DNA from: an uncultured Atopobium sp.
GTDB lineage: Bacteria > Actinomycetota > Coriobacteriia > Coriobacteriales > Atopobiaceae
Length of the DNA: 64,000 nucleotides
Direction: 5' to 3'
NCBI GenBank assembly: GCA_938045565.1
Contig: CALIAZ010000003.1
Coordinates: 82,805-146,804, forward strand
Positions 49,936 to 60,417 of the stretch are shown in pieces. The notes beneath the pieces were generated by a model. The model saw only the letters and a list, made by a program, of their open reading frames with translations, did not search any database and had not been told where the DNA came from. A program made the translations under genes and the position numbers. The stretch's first letter is position 1; each line of letters starts with the position of its first letter.

Positions 49936-52020
49936 TTGGGCGTCTCGGATCTTTTCTCGCTAAATAAAGCTTCAAAGCAATCTCAGGGCTCTACCCTAGA
50001 GAACATTTTGCTGCGCTCAAATAATGTCATCGCCTCTCTTAAAGACCTTGTCGCAAACAATCAGATTACAGAGACAGGTCTTCAAGAGATGCTTACGCGC
50101 TCTAAAAATCTCGAGAATACTAATCTGCCCAAAGGTGATGTTCATAAGCTTGATAGAACAGGCCGCTGGTGGTTCAACGCCAACACCCTTGAGTGTGGAC
50201 CAGAAGAGTACGACGCATTTATTGCAACTGAAGCAATCCTCAACATTTCACAAGATGTTGCGGCTCTAAAAGATACTCATGCATCTGAGACAGATCTTCA
50301 GCTTGTTCGTACTACCCTCTCGCAGATAGCAAGCCTCATGCCCAAGTCCGCTTCCCTCTCAGAACAAGTTGCTCCTTTTAGCGGTAACGCTGACGGCAGC
50401 TCTGACTGGATGAAGCGTCTCTGGTTTGCAAACTATGTTGAGAACACACCGTTCCCTTTTAGGATGGTGTATAACTTCTCCTACAATCCACAACTTGATA
50501 TTTTGGTATTTGAGTTCTTTGTAGCTCGTCCTCGCTGCTTTAGTTTTTTATCTGCAGAAAAGTCAGAACAAATTGCAGCAGCTCGTGCTTATGCACTACG
50601 CGCTTCTCTTTGCATTGCTCGCATGGCTCTTCAGAGCTGCAAAATCTCTCGTGTCTGCATTAATGGCAGCCTACGCGGAGAAGAGCGCATTATTCTATCT
50701 ATGGACTTAAACGAGGCTGCTCTTGCTCGCCTCTTACCTACTGCAACAAATACTCAAATTGACGGCAATAGCTTCCCACAAGACCCAGCGCTCAGAGTTT
50801 CTTTTGATTCTGAAGGTTGGTTTAGTGAAGTTGAGCCATTTATGAAGCAAACGGATGAGTGGGTTTCTCCTCGTAGCTTCTTTGAGATGCCAGATTTGTC
50901 TGATCGTCCTTGTTCACCAGCAGTTACCGCAGTTTGTGGAGCTCAAAAGGTAAGCGATCTTGGATACTCTGAGGCATCCCGCCGCATTAGGCTTTGGAAT
51001 ACCACTCTCAACAACATTCCAAAAGATTCTTCTACCGCAGATACAGTTGGAAAATTTGAGGAAGCAAAAGCTTCAACTTCTGATATTTACGCCATTGAAG
51101 GCTTTGATAGAGTTATTCATGGACTGGTCGAAGGCACTATTGATTTCTCGGACAGAAGGTCTATGGCCGAGAAATTCCTCTTTGGTTCGCCTTTGCAGAA
51201 AACGCTTCAATCCATAAATAACATCATGGACGGAGAGCCAGACCCAGATGCTCTAGAAAAGACACTTGCAGAGCTTGAGTCTCAGGTTTCACCAACCCTT
51301 GATATGGGCCTGTACCTGGACGATTCAGATTCTATCTACAGGTATTTTGATTCCCTCTCAGAGCGCGTAGCTTATAACCTTGCATTCCCCAATGAGCCAA
51401 GAAAACTGGTGCTTATTCCAGACACGTATTTTATGTCTTTAGCAAGAATGGCTCGCGCCTACAACCTGCTTGAGCAGCCAGAAAAAGCGGAACGCTATGC
51501 GCAAGAAGCCCACAGGATTTCTCCTTTGGGTGTTGATGCAACGCTACTATTAGTAAGAACATTAGAAGACCAGTCAAAAGTCTTTGAAGCTGCAAAGCTA
51601 CTCAAAGACCTTATCGAGCACCTTTTCTCCGCATCAGATGTTGCGCTGGTATACTATCGCCTAGCCTATATGGAGTGGAAGCTAGGTCGCTCTGATCTTT
51701 GTGCAGCTTGCTATCAAATGGCTATGATCATCGGTGGTAGTGTTGCTCAACCTGCAAAAGAAGAGCTTGAAGACCTTCTCAAGGCAGACTCTTCTGTTAA
51801 GAAACTAGATACTCCTCAAGAGGTTTTCTCGTTCCTTAAGCAAAATGGTGTTCCTGTCTTTAACCAGAAAGCCGTATTTAACAAGGCAGTTGCTATTGGC
51901 AGCGCTTGTGTTAACGATGGCATTTACTGTGTTGGCCAGAACATGCTCAAGAACTGCCTAGAGATTACCTTTGATGATGCCGCTGCCAAGGTAGAGAGTT
52001 CGTTAAGAACACCATTCTAG
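49936..52020 (+). CDS. Large hypothetical protein with C-terminal TPR-like helices
   Basis: TTG start after AAGGAG; helical repeats such as ARAYNLLEQPEKAERYAQEA and YYRLAYMEWKLG...ACYQMA. Confidence 0.8.
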   Translation: MGVSDLFSLNKASKQSQGSTLENILLRSNNVIASLKDLVANNQITETGLQEMLTRSKNLENTNLPKGDVHKLDRTGRWWFNANTLECGPEEYDAFIATEAILNISQDVAALKDTHASETDLQLVRTTLSQIASLMPKSASLSEQVAPFSGNADGSSDWMKRLWFANYVENTPFPFRMVYNFSYNPQLDILVFEFFVARPRCFSFLSAEKSEQIAAARAYALRASLCIARMALQSCKISRVCINGSLRGEERIILSMDLNEAALARLLPTATNTQIDGNSFPQDPALRVSFDSEGWFSEVEPFMKQTDEWVSPRSFFEMPDLSDRPCSPAVTAVCGAQKVSDLGYSEASRRIRLWNTTLNNIPKDSSTADTVGKFEEAKASTSDIYAIEGFDRVIHGLVEGTIDFSDRRSMAEKFLFGSPLQKTLQSINNIMDGEPDPDALEKTLAELESQVSPTLDMGLYLDDSDSIYRYFDSLSERVAYNLAFPNEPRKLVLIPDTYFMSLARMARAYNLLEQPEKAERYAQEAHRISPLGVDATLLLVRTLEDQSKVFEAAKLLKDLIEHLFSASDVALVYYRLAYMEWKLGRSDLCAACYQMAMIIGGSVAQPAKEELEDLLKADSSVKKLDTPQEVFSFLKQNGVPVFNQKAVFNKAVAIGSACVNDGIYCVGQNMLKNCLEITFDDAAAKVESSLRTPF

Positions 52021-52043
52021 AGGCCGCGTGCGTAAGCTATAAC

Positions 52044-52658
52044 CTACTGCTCTGACTGTTGGTTGAACCGAGCGTTTAACCAAAGCTCTACCTGTGCTTT
52101 AAGATCATCTAGGCCCTCAGAGTTCACAAACACTGTATCCGCCTGATTACGCAAATACGTATCAGAAGGCTGATGTGCTATGCGCTGCTCAAACTCTTGG
52201 CGAGAAGATCCTCGCTGTTCAGCGCGCTCTGCTCTGAGCTCTAAAGGCGCAACAACCACGACAACCTCATCAACGAGCTCAAGCAAGTCTTCAACGCGGT
52301 CAAGCAGCGGAACCTCTACAAAGCAGAACTGAGCATCTGCTACAGGAGCTTCTTTTGTTAGGAATTGACGCATATATTCCCTGATAAAAGGCATCTCTAG
52401 GTCTTCTAAGAGCTCAGCTGATTCGCTGGTAGCAAAAGCCCTACGGCCAAGCTCTCGCCTATTAATCTCGTGAGTAATAGGATCTAGCAAATCGTTTCCA
52501 AAAGCCTCTGCCACGCGATACGTACATTCGCATCCAGGGCGTAAAAGCTTTCGAGAAACCTCATCAAGGTCAAAGCGCAGACCACCTGCTGCTTCAAACA
52601 TTTTAGAAACAGTTGATTTACCAGACGCCATTCCGCCGGCGAGAATTACCTTGTACAT
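52044..52658 (-). CDS. coaE: Dephospho-CoA kinase
   Basis: GGMASGKSTV, INRRELG, EVPLL; alternative GTG at 52667. Confidence 0.93.
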   Translation of the reverse strand: MYKVILAGGMASGKSTVSKMFEAAGGLRFDLDEVSRKLLRPGCECTYRVAEAFGNDLLDPITHEINRRELGRRAFATSESAELLEDLEMPFIREYMRQFLTKEAPVADAQFCFVEVPLLDRVEDLLELVDEVVVVVAPLELRAERAEQRGSSRQEFEQRIAHQPSDTYLRNQADTVFVNSEGLDDLKAQVELWLNARFNQQSEQ

Positions 52659-52669
52659 GTAGCTCACTC

Positions 52670-53299
52670 CTATAACTGCAGTGCTGTATAAGAGCCTAGC
52701 AGTTTTACTTCTTCAGGAGTGTGAGTTACCCAAATTACAACTTTTGATTCAACGAACGGTTTGACAAAGGCAATAACCTGCTGCTTAAGCGCTTCATCTA
52801 ATCCCTTGAACGGTTCATCAAAGAGCAAGATATCTGCATCGGCAAAGAGTGTGCGCAAAAGAGCAACACGTCTTTTTTGACCACCAGAGAGCTCATTTAC
52901 TTGCTTGTTTTCTGTTCCTTCAAGTCCAACTCCACAAAGCGCTTCTGTAATACGCTCTCGAGCGCTCTGTTTTTGCTCCTGTGAGTGCGCTTGTATGGCA
53001 AGCATGATATTTGCCCTGACGCTCAAGTTTTCCAGCAGCCTATCTTCTTGAAACATCATGACTGTTTTAGCCTGAGGAGATTTACTTACTATGCCTGAGT
53101 CAGCTACTTCAAGGCCGCAAAGGATACGAAGAAGTGTTGTTTTACCTGCTCCAGAGGGCTCGGAGAGTACATATACTCCCCTGCCAAACTTGTAGGAAAA
53201 GTCATTGAGCACAACCATATTGCCAAACGATTTAGAGATATTTTTTACCTCGAGCAGCTGCTCAGTTGTGTAGACGCAATTTGTCGTATCTATACTCAT
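52670..53299 (-). CDS. ABC ATP-binding protein (SsuB/TauB-like)
   Basis: PSGAGKTT, FQEDRLL, LSGGQKRR, DEPF; ATGA overlap with the permease. Confidence 0.9.
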   Translation of the reverse strand: MSIDTTNCVYTTEQLLEVKNISKSFGNMVVLNDFSYKFGRGVYVLSEPSGAGKTTLLRILCGLEVADSGIVSKSPQAKTVMMFQEDRLLENLSVRANIMLAIQAHSQEQKQSARERITEALCGVGLEGTENKQVNELSGGQKRRVALLRTLFADADILLFDEPFKGLDEALKQQVIAFVKPFVESKVVIWVTHTPEEVKLLGSYTALQL

Positions 53300-54243
53300 G
53301 AGCAGCTCTTTTCTAACCTTGTGGCTATCCATGAGACTAACCGCATCACGATCTTCTCGCCAAGTGCACTCATCACAATGACCACAAGCGTCCATGCAAA
53401 AAGGGCTGGTGTATCCAGGTACACCTTAGCGTTGTAGAGGTGCTCGCCAATGGAGAATGTGGGGAGGCCGATGACCTCGGCAGCAATTCCCGATTTCCAG
53501 CAAAAGCCCATAGCAAGTGAGGTTGCGGTTTTAAGCGAGGGCATAAGCTGTGACAAATAAATTGCTTTAATGCGTTGCCAACCGTGAATTTGGTATACAT
53601 CAGCCATCTCAATAAGCTGCTGGTCAGTGCTGAGAAGCCCCTCAAGTACCGCAATGTAGATAATGGGAAGTGCCATCAAAAATGAAATTGAAATTGAGAG
53701 ATAGGGCGTGCGCACCCAGATGAGTAGCAAGATGACGAACGATGCCACCGGAATTGATTTGATTGTAGAAATAAGCGGCTCAAAAAGAATCTTTATCAGC
53801 TTGTACTTAAAACTCAAAAATGCCAGTAAGGAACCAGCCGTAAAAGCAAGCGCTCCACCAGCAAAAATACGTAAAAGAGAAAGACCAATAGAAACCCAAA
53901 ATTCGCGTAGTTGAGCTAGCGAGAAAAGCGTCTGGATAGTCTGAACAGGTGAAGTTAGAACAATATCTTGGTTGATGACTACTGCAGCTACCTGCCATAC
54001 GGCAAGCCAAAATGCCAGAGCTCCTAAACGAGCTCCCCAGCTAGAAGCAACTGCGCGGCCCGCACTTTGGGCACGACTCGCACTTTGTGCGCGACCTACA
54101 CTTTGTATGTGGCCTGCATCTTGGAGCTGACCCGCACTTTGAACACGACCGTTTTTCTCGGCAGAAAAATCTACCGAGGCAGCGCCTGTTGTGGCATTGC
54201 CTCGGTCAGAAATACTATCGTTTATGTGCGGATTATGCGCCAA
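53296..54243 (-). CDS. ABC permease (SsuC/TauC-like)
   Basis: SLLRI, SIPVAS, LIEMA, WKSGIAAE; the start is uncertain. Confidence 0.88.
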   Translation of the reverse strand: MAHNPHINDSISDRGNATTGAASVDFSAEKNGRVQSAGQLQDAGHIQSVGRAQSASRAQSAGRAVASSWGARLGALAFWLAVWQVAAVVINQDIVLTSPVQTIQTLFSLAQLREFWVSIGLSLLRIFAGGALAFTAGSLLAFLSFKYKLIKILFEPLISTIKSIPVASFVILLLIWVRTPYLSISISFLMALPIIYIAVLEGLLSTDQQLIEMADVYQIHGWQRIKAIYLSQLMPSLKTATSLAMGFCWKSGIAAEVIGLPTFSIGEHLYNAKVYLDTPALFAWTLVVIVMSALGEKIVMRLVSWIATRLEKSCS

Positions 54244-55249
54244 AGTAGAAATCGTCTCCAGGAACCTGTCCGCCTACTGACTGAGGATTAGCTTCAGCCA
54301 GAATGCCTAAGTAACTTGAAAGCGCGCTCTTCATATCTGCGCCATCAATATACGTAATATTACACTTAGGCAGCGCAACCTTAGCAATAGGCTCTGGAAC
54401 AATACCATATTTGCCCACAAGCGTGGCTGCATCATCTGGATGATCAACCGCAAATGCAACAGAGTCTTTGTAGTGAGAAAGCAGTGCGGTCACAGCATCT
54501 GGAGAATCAGAGATCAGCTTTGAAGAAATAATGGTCACGCCCGCAATCAGCTTGCTCTGAGGATTGACTGCTTCCCACTCAGCACCAAGGTCAATGGCAA
54601 CGCGAATCTGGTTGTTCTTAGTTTGTGCCACCGTTACAAAAGGCTGTGGGAGCAGCGCAATTCCCTCTGGATCTTGCGCAAGAGCAGCAACGCACTCGGT
54701 ATGCTCGCTCTTCCACTCTACCTGGACATCTTCACCAAGTGTCATGCCGTTTTTGCTTAGCAGGTAAGACAGCGTGTACTCTGGGACAGCACCCTTACCG
54801 GAAGCGTAGAGCGTCTTTCCCTTGAGGTCAGCAAGCTTAGAGATGGCGCTACCTGTCTCAACAATGTAGAGAACATTCAGTACGTTGAGGCAAGCTACCT
54901 TATAGGCGCCCTTAGTCTTATTGAACAGCGTAGCTGCAAGATTTGCAGGAATAGAAGCAACGTCTACATCGCCCTGGGCAACCTTAGCAACCACCTGATC
55001 AGGGGCATCCAAAATCTCAAACGAGTAGTTGTTATCAGTAATGTTTTGCGCCTCTACCTCGCTCATGAACTTAACCAAGCCCATAGCAGTAGGTCCTTTG
55101 AGCGTTGCAACTTTTACCGCAACAGGATCAGATTTCTTAGCCTCATCTTTTGTGGCATCCTGAGACTTCTCTTGGTCTGTTCCCTTGCAGCCAAACAGTG
55201 CTGTAGCTGGAATAAGACCTGCAAGCTTAAGGAACGAACGTCTATCCAT
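54233..55249 (-). CDS. Nitrate/sulfonate/NMT1-type ABC substrate-binding lipoprotein
   Basis: MDRRSFLK signal and LFGC lipobox; KGPTAMG, DLKGK, LPQPF. Confidence 0.85.
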   Translation of the reverse strand: MDRRSFLKLAGLIPATALFGCKGTDQEKSQDATKDEAKKSDPVAVKVATLKGPTAMGLVKFMSEVEAQNITDNNYSFEILDAPDQVVAKVAQGDVDVASIPANLAATLFNKTKGAYKVACLNVLNVLYIVETGSAISKLADLKGKTLYASGKGAVPEYTLSYLLSKNGMTLGEDVQVEWKSEHTECVAALAQDPEGIALLPQPFVTVAQTKNNQIRVAIDLGAEWEAVNPQSKLIAGVTIISSKLISDSPDAVTALLSHYKDSVAFAVDHPDDAATLVGKYGIVPEPIAKVALPKCNITYIDGADMKSALSSYLGILAEANPQSVGGQVPGDDFYFGA

Positions 55250-55381
55250 AAATCACTCCTGACTCGAAAAGTTAACTATGGCTACCTTATCACGTCTACA
55301 GCAAAATTCATACGATATACAGCGCTTTTTGCAAACTCTTTGATACATCCATGAGAGCAAGCTGCACCATGGCGAGAAGAA

Positions 55382-56443
55382 CTAGTTCTTCTCGCCATAT
55401 CCAAGGACGTACGCGCGGCACAAATTCTCGGTACCAATGATTGCATCAATGTGGCAACGCTCACGACCGTGAGTGTTGAGACATGCTGGACCAAATGCTC
55501 CACTCTTCAGATCATTACCAGAGAAGTACGCAGCGTTAGCGTCAGTTGAGAAGTGGAAGGCAACCTGCTGATTCCACTTTTCTGGCTCAACAACCTCCTG
55601 CGCACAGGCAATAAGCTTGTTGGAAACTTCCCAATCGTAAGGCGAGCGAATATCAGAAACAATGATGCCTACGTGGTGTTCATTTGAATTGTAGTCTGGA
55701 CCAATGAGGGTAATGTCCAGCGATACGTACTCATCTACCTCAACAGGCAAGAATGCGCCGCCGTGACCAATCTCCTCGTACATGGGGAATGCAAACAAGG
55801 TGTTATAGAGGGGTTTCTCGCCAGACTGTGCAAGCCAACGGAGCGTATGAAGCTGCGCTGCAACACAAGCCTTATCGTCAATAAAGCGAGAAACCATATA
55901 GCCGTTGTCATACATCTCAAAGTGTGGATCAATAGCAATAACCGCGCCCTCAGAAACGCCCAGCGCACGGGCTTCCTCAGCAGAAGAAACGTCAGCAATC
56001 AACGAGATGGACATATTGTCCTCGGTGCGCTCCATGGTTCTAGCATCTTCAAAGACGTGAACAGAGTGGTGGTTGCAGATTACCTGGCCATCAACAACGG
56101 AGCCATCTCTACAGACAACGTGGCAAGTCTCGCCCTCAATGCTGTGGTAGTTGATACCGCCCAGCTGACGAACGCGTAGCGTACCGTCTGAGTTGAAGCC
56201 ACGGACAATCAGGCCAATGGTATCAAGGTGGGCATTAACGCCAACGGTCTTGCTAGTATCCTTGCCTTCTACCAGGACATATGCAGTAGCCTTATTGTCA
56301 ATTTGAAGCTCATAGCCTGCCTCAGCAACAAGCTCACGAAGCAGCTCGTGAATGCGCTCATAGTAGCCAACGGGACTATCACACTCAACAAGTTTCTTTA
56401 TAGTGTCAATCAAATACTGTGTATCAATCTCAAAATGAGTCAT
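55382..56443 (-). CDS. M42-family metallo-aminopeptidase
   Basis: AHLDT, FIDDKA, EEIGHG, LD and THG.E metal ligands. Confidence 0.88.
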   Translation of the reverse strand: MTHFEIDTQYLIDTIKKLVECDSPVGYYERIHELLRELVAEAGYELQIDNKATAYVLVEGKDTSKTVGVNAHLDTIGLIVRGFNSDGTLRVRQLGGINYHSIEGETCHVVCRDGSVVDGQVICNHHSVHVFEDARTMERTEDNMSISLIADVSSAEEARALGVSEGAVIAIDPHFEMYDNGYMVSRFIDDKACVAAQLHTLRWLAQSGEKPLYNTLFAFPMYEEIGHGGAFLPVEVDEYVSLDITLIGPDYNSNEHHVGIIVSDIRSPYDWEVSNKLIACAQEVVEPEKWNQQVAFHFSTDANAAYFSGNDLKSGAFGPACLNTHGRERCHIDAIIGTENLCRAYVLGYGEKN

Positions 56444-56452
56444 GAAAATCTC

Positions 56453-57703
56453 CTAGTTTTGTGGATGGGTGTAGAGCTCTACCAGGTGTTCAAGCATGTC
56501 AACCATGCTCTCAAGCTCTGGGACAGGCACAAACTCTCTGACGCCGTGAGCATTGTAGTAGCAAGCAGAAAGATTAGCGCACGGGAATCCTCTAAAGGAA
56601 AGTTGGGATCCGTCAGTGCCACCGCGCATTGGAATGCAGGTCATCTCAACACCGGTCTTCTCATATGCGGTGCGTGCATTCTCGATTAAGTGCGCATACT
56701 CAGGCTTCAATACGATGTCAGCCAAGTTGTGATACTGGTCGTGAATCTCAACGGAAAGTACCTCGGAGCCAATCTGCTTGTTTACATACGCTGCAGCGTC
56801 AACCATCAACTGCTTGCGGCGTTCAACCTTTGCTTGGTCATGGTCACGAATGATGTAATCAGCGCGAGCAGACTCGCAATCACCATTGACGCGCTCCAGA
56901 TAGAAGAAGCCATCATAGCCCTCAGTGAACTCAGGACGTTCCGCAGGTGGGAGCAGCTCGTGGAAGCGCATGATTGCCTCAGATGCATTGATCATCTGGC
57001 CTTTTGCGGTACCTGTGTGAACCGAAAGTCCGTGAGCACGCACAAACACCTCAGCAGCATTGAACGTCTCGTAGCAGAACTCACCAAAGGGACCGCCGTC
57101 AATGGTGTAACCATACGCAGCACCAAAAGCGTCAAGGTCCAGAAGAGCTGCGCCGTGGCCAATCTCCTCATCAGGAACAAACGCAAGTGCAATACGTGGG
57201 TGCTTAAGCTCTGGATGCTCTTTGTAGCGAGCGAGCAAGCTGACCAGCATGGCAATGCCAGCTTTGTCATCGCCACCAAGCAGCGACGTGCCATCAGTGG
57301 TAACCAGCTGCCAACCAACCATGTGCTCAAGCTGAGGATTTGTCTCAGGGCTGATATAGACCTCTCTGCCCTCACGATCAGAACCAACTACTAGCTTGCC
57401 GCCCTCATACGTAACAACCTGAGGATGAACGGGATTACCCCAAGACTGCCAAGCCGTATCAATGTGGCAGCAGAAACCAAGAGTTGGAAGGTCCTCCAAA
57501 CCCTTGCTTGCCGGCCAGTGAGCAACCACATAGGCGTGCTCATCAACAACTACATTTTCTGCGCCAAGTTCGCGAAGGTCAGCTGCAACAACCTCAGCCA
57601 TCTGGTGCTGAGACTCAGTTGAAGGAACGGTATCTGCCGTCAGAGGATTAGACTGAGAAGAAACCTTGCAATACGCAATAAATCTATCTAGAACGTCACT
57701 CAT
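56453..57703 (-). CDS. pepT: Peptidase T (tripeptidase)
   Basis: PST, HIDT, LGGDDKAG, PDEEIG, TFNAA, RGGTDG, NAHG. Confidence 0.95.
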   Translation of the reverse strand: MSDVLDRFIAYCKVSSQSNPLTADTVPSTESQHQMAEVVAADLRELGAENVVVDEHAYVVAHWPASKGLEDLPTLGFCCHIDTAWQSWGNPVHPQVVTYEGGKLVVGSDREGREVYISPETNPQLEHMVGWQLVTTDGTSLLGGDDKAGIAMLVSLLARYKEHPELKHPRIALAFVPDEEIGHGAALLDLDAFGAAYGYTIDGGPFGEFCYETFNAAEVFVRAHGLSVHTGTAKGQMINASEAIMRFHELLPPAERPEFTEGYDGFFYLERVNGDCESARADYIIRDHDQAKVERRKQLMVDAAAYVNKQIGSEVLSVEIHDQYHNLADIVLKPEYAHLIENARTAYEKTGVEMTCIPMRGGTDGSQLSFRGFPCANLSACYYNAHGVREFVPVPELESMVDMLEHLVELYTHPQN

Positions 57704-57718
57704 AAAACTCCCTTACAA

Positions 57719-57750
57719 AAACTGCGCTAACCAAATAGTTAACGCAGTTT
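57719..57750. terminator. Hairpin between the C26 gene and pepT
   Basis: AAACTGCG.TAAC...GTTAACGCAGTTT. Confidence 0.65.
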
Positions 57751-57764
57751 AGAGTATCAATTTA

Positions 57765-58559
57765 TTAACGAGAAGACCGTGAGGCTCGTGAAGCTGTAAC
57801 AAAGGATTTCCAAAGTTCGCAATCAGCCTTGCTGTATTGCCAACCATACTCTGGATGCCACTGCACACCTAGAGCAAACGTCTTGCCCTTGACCTCAGCT
57901 CCTTCAATAATGCCGTCTGAAGCATACGCAACTACATTAAGCTCAGCGGATACCTTTTTCAGAGCCTCATCGTGATACGAGTTTGCTTGAATGTCTTCAA
58001 CCTTACCCAGAGCGTTGTACAGCAAAGAATCTTTTTGAACATGAACAGCATGAGCTGGATGGTACAAATTTGCCGAATGAGTCCAGAATGCATGATTTTC
58101 TGTTGGTTCAAGGGTATGCAAATCTTGTACAAGCGTACCGCCCAGCACAACGTTTAAAAGCTGAAGGCCACGGCAAATAGCAAGTAGAGGTTTATCTGCA
58201 GCAAGCACCTGCTTTACCAGCTCAAACTCAAGCGCATCTCGTATAGGACACAAACGATCAAGGTCGCGTGGCTCTTCTCCCCAATTGCGAGGGTCAACAT
58301 CATGACCACCAGTAAGGCAGAAGCCGTCACACATCTCAACAAACTGACCAATAACCTCTGGGTCTTCTGTTAGAGGCATCATGATTGGGATGCCGCCAGC
58401 TGCAAGAATGGCATCAAACTGAATTTGTGCTACAGAAGCAGAATCAGAAAAGTTCTCTTCAGGCATCCAGCGAGGAGTTACACAGATAAGAGGGCGCTTA
58501 GAAGCAGGAAGCTTTGGAACATCACTAAATGCATCTTTGACTATATCTGGAATAACCAC
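57765..58559 (-). CDS. Peptidase C26 / gamma-glutamyl-gamma-aminobutyrate hydrolase (PuuD-like)
   Basis: LTGGHDVDP, RD..E, ICRGLQ (Cys), NSYH, QWHPE. Confidence 0.92.
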   Translation of the reverse strand: MVIPDIVKDAFSDVPKLPASKRPLICVTPRWMPEENFSDSASVAQIQFDAILAAGGIPIMMPLTEDPEVIGQFVEMCDGFCLTGGHDVDPRNWGEEPRDLDRLCPIRDALEFELVKQVLAADKPLLAICRGLQLLNVVLGGTLVQDLHTLEPTENHAFWTHSANLYHPAHAVHVQKDSLLYNALGKVEDIQANSYHDEALKKVSAELNVVAYASDGIIEGAEVKGKTFALGVQWHPEYGWQYSKADCELWKSFVTASRASRSSR

Positions 58560-58792
58560 AAAATCCTCTTAACACTCTGCTCTTTGACCTACATTACACA
58601 AAGGTTGGCCCTTTTTGAGTCTTTGACTTTATCGCTTTTGCGTTTTTCATGCCACCCTGACAACTCTTCCTCCACAATGTTTTTTCATTAATGAAACATT
58701 TTTCTGTATTGCGTACAATCAATTTGGGTATTAAGAAGCCAGTTCTTTACATTTAAGCTTCATATTTTGAAGATGCAAACGGAAGGCGCCCT

Positions 58793-60397
58793 ATGAAAGA
58801 GCACGTATTTAATAACCTTTCCCGTAAAACATTCTTACGTGGATCTTTGGCGGCTGCCGTTGCCGCCGGTTCTGCTTCACTACTTTCTGCTTGTGGCGGT
58901 TCAGCTGGCGGAGACGCAGAGAAAAAGGTACTGCGCTTTGGTGTAAACAACCCAAAGGTAACCTTTGATACTCAGAAGACTTCTGGTTCTGTTGGTGTAT
59001 CTGAGGCAGTTGCAGAGTCTTTGCTGGTACTTAATCCAGACACAAAAGAGATTGAGCCAAACCTGGTAACCGGCCTTCCTACTGTCTCTGAAGATGGCCT
59101 TACCTACTCATATGAGCTTAAGGATGGCATCAAATTCCACAATGGAGAGACCCTTAAGTCCTCTGACGTTAAATACACCTTCACGCGTATGTTCTTGCCT
59201 GCTACTAAGGCAACCTCAATTGACTCGTACGCATACATCGAGGGTGCTAAAGACATAATTGCCGGCACAACAGAAGAGCTTTCTGGTGTTGTTATTAAGG
59301 ATGACCGTCACTTTGATATTAAGCTGACACAGCCTTATTCAACCTTTAATGCAATCATGGCTCAGTTCTACGCTGTTATCTACCCAGAGAAGGCTTGCAA
59401 AGAAGCCGGTGAAGCTTGGGGCACTGAGACCAACTTCATTGGTACCGGTGCTTACAAGCTTGTCTCTAATGACAGCACCACAGAAGTTGTTCTTGAGGGA
59501 TTTGCTGACTACCATGAGGGCAAGCCTGGTCTGGATGAGCTCAGATTTGTCTACATTGACGACGCTAACACCCGTATTCTTAACTACAAGAACAATGATG
59601 TTGACCTGGTCTTTATTTCTCAGTCTCTTATCCAGCAGTACCAAAATGATGAGTCTATTTCCAAAGAGATTGTCAACTACACACCTGCATCCACGCAGTT
59701 TGTAAACCTGAACCTTAAGAGCGAGAACCTCAAAGATGTCCGCGTTCGTCAGGCTCTCTCTATGGCAATTGATAGAGACACCATTTGTAGCACCATTCTT
59801 TCTGGTGTTGCAAAGCCTGCTAAGTCGTTTATCCCATCTTCTGAGACCGGCTACAACGAGTCCGCTCCAGAGTTTGAGTACAACGTAGACAAGGCAAAGC
59901 AGCTTCTTGCAGAGGCTGGTGTTTCTAACCTCACTCTTAACGCACAGGTCAGAAGCCAGGATCAGAACCTCATGGTTGCCCTTCAGGATGCTTGGTCAAA
60001 GATTGGCGTTACCTGTAACGTAAGCGTTATTGACTCTGGTGTTTGGAGCGACGCACGTACTAACGGTGACCTTGAAGTCACTCTTGTTACCTGGTCTACC
60101 CTCTCCTTCCAGGGTGTTGAGCACATGGGCTCCTACTTCCGCTCTGACCGCGCCGCAAAGAAGTCTTCCTTCTACAACAGCACCGAGTTTGACAACCTGG
60201 TTGACCAGGCTCGCCTTACCGTTAATAACAACGACAAGGTACTTGAGCTCACCCGTCAGGCAGATAGCCTCATGACTCACACTGACTACGCATGCTTGCC
60301 TATTGACTGGCCACAGATGCCTTACGTCTTGAAGCCAGAGTTTACGGGCCTCAGCGTTCTGGTTAACCCTCACTTCGATAAGGTTCAGAAGAAGTAA
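58793..60397 (+). CDS. Family-5 peptide ABC substrate-binding lipoprotein
   Basis: LSAC lipobox, DGLTY, KFHNG, GTGAY, VRQALSMAIDR. Confidence 0.92.
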   Translation: MKEHVFNNLSRKTFLRGSLAAAVAAGSASLLSACGGSAGGDAEKKVLRFGVNNPKVTFDTQKTSGSVGVSEAVAESLLVLNPDTKEIEPNLVTGLPTVSEDGLTYSYELKDGIKFHNGETLKSSDVKYTFTRMFLPATKATSIDSYAYIEGAKDIIAGTTEELSGVVIKDDRHFDIKLTQPYSTFNAIMAQFYAVIYPEKACKEAGEAWGTETNFIGTGAYKLVSNDSTTEVVLEGFADYHEGKPGLDELRFVYIDDANTRILNYKNNDVDLVFISQSLIQQYQNDESISKEIVNYTPASTQFVNLNLKSENLKDVRVRQALSMAIDRDTICSTILSGVAKPAKSFIPSSETGYNESAPEFEYNVDKAKQLLAEAGVSNLTLNAQVRSQDQNLMVALQDAWSKIGVTCNVSVIDSGVWSDARTNGDLEVTLVTWSTLSFQGVEHMGSYFRSDRAAKKSSFYNSTEFDNLVDQARLTVNNNDKVLELTRQADSLMTHTDYACLPIDWPQMPYVLKPEFTGLSVLVNPHFDKVQKK

Positions 60398-60417
60398 AGT
60401 TTCCTACACGCAAAACT

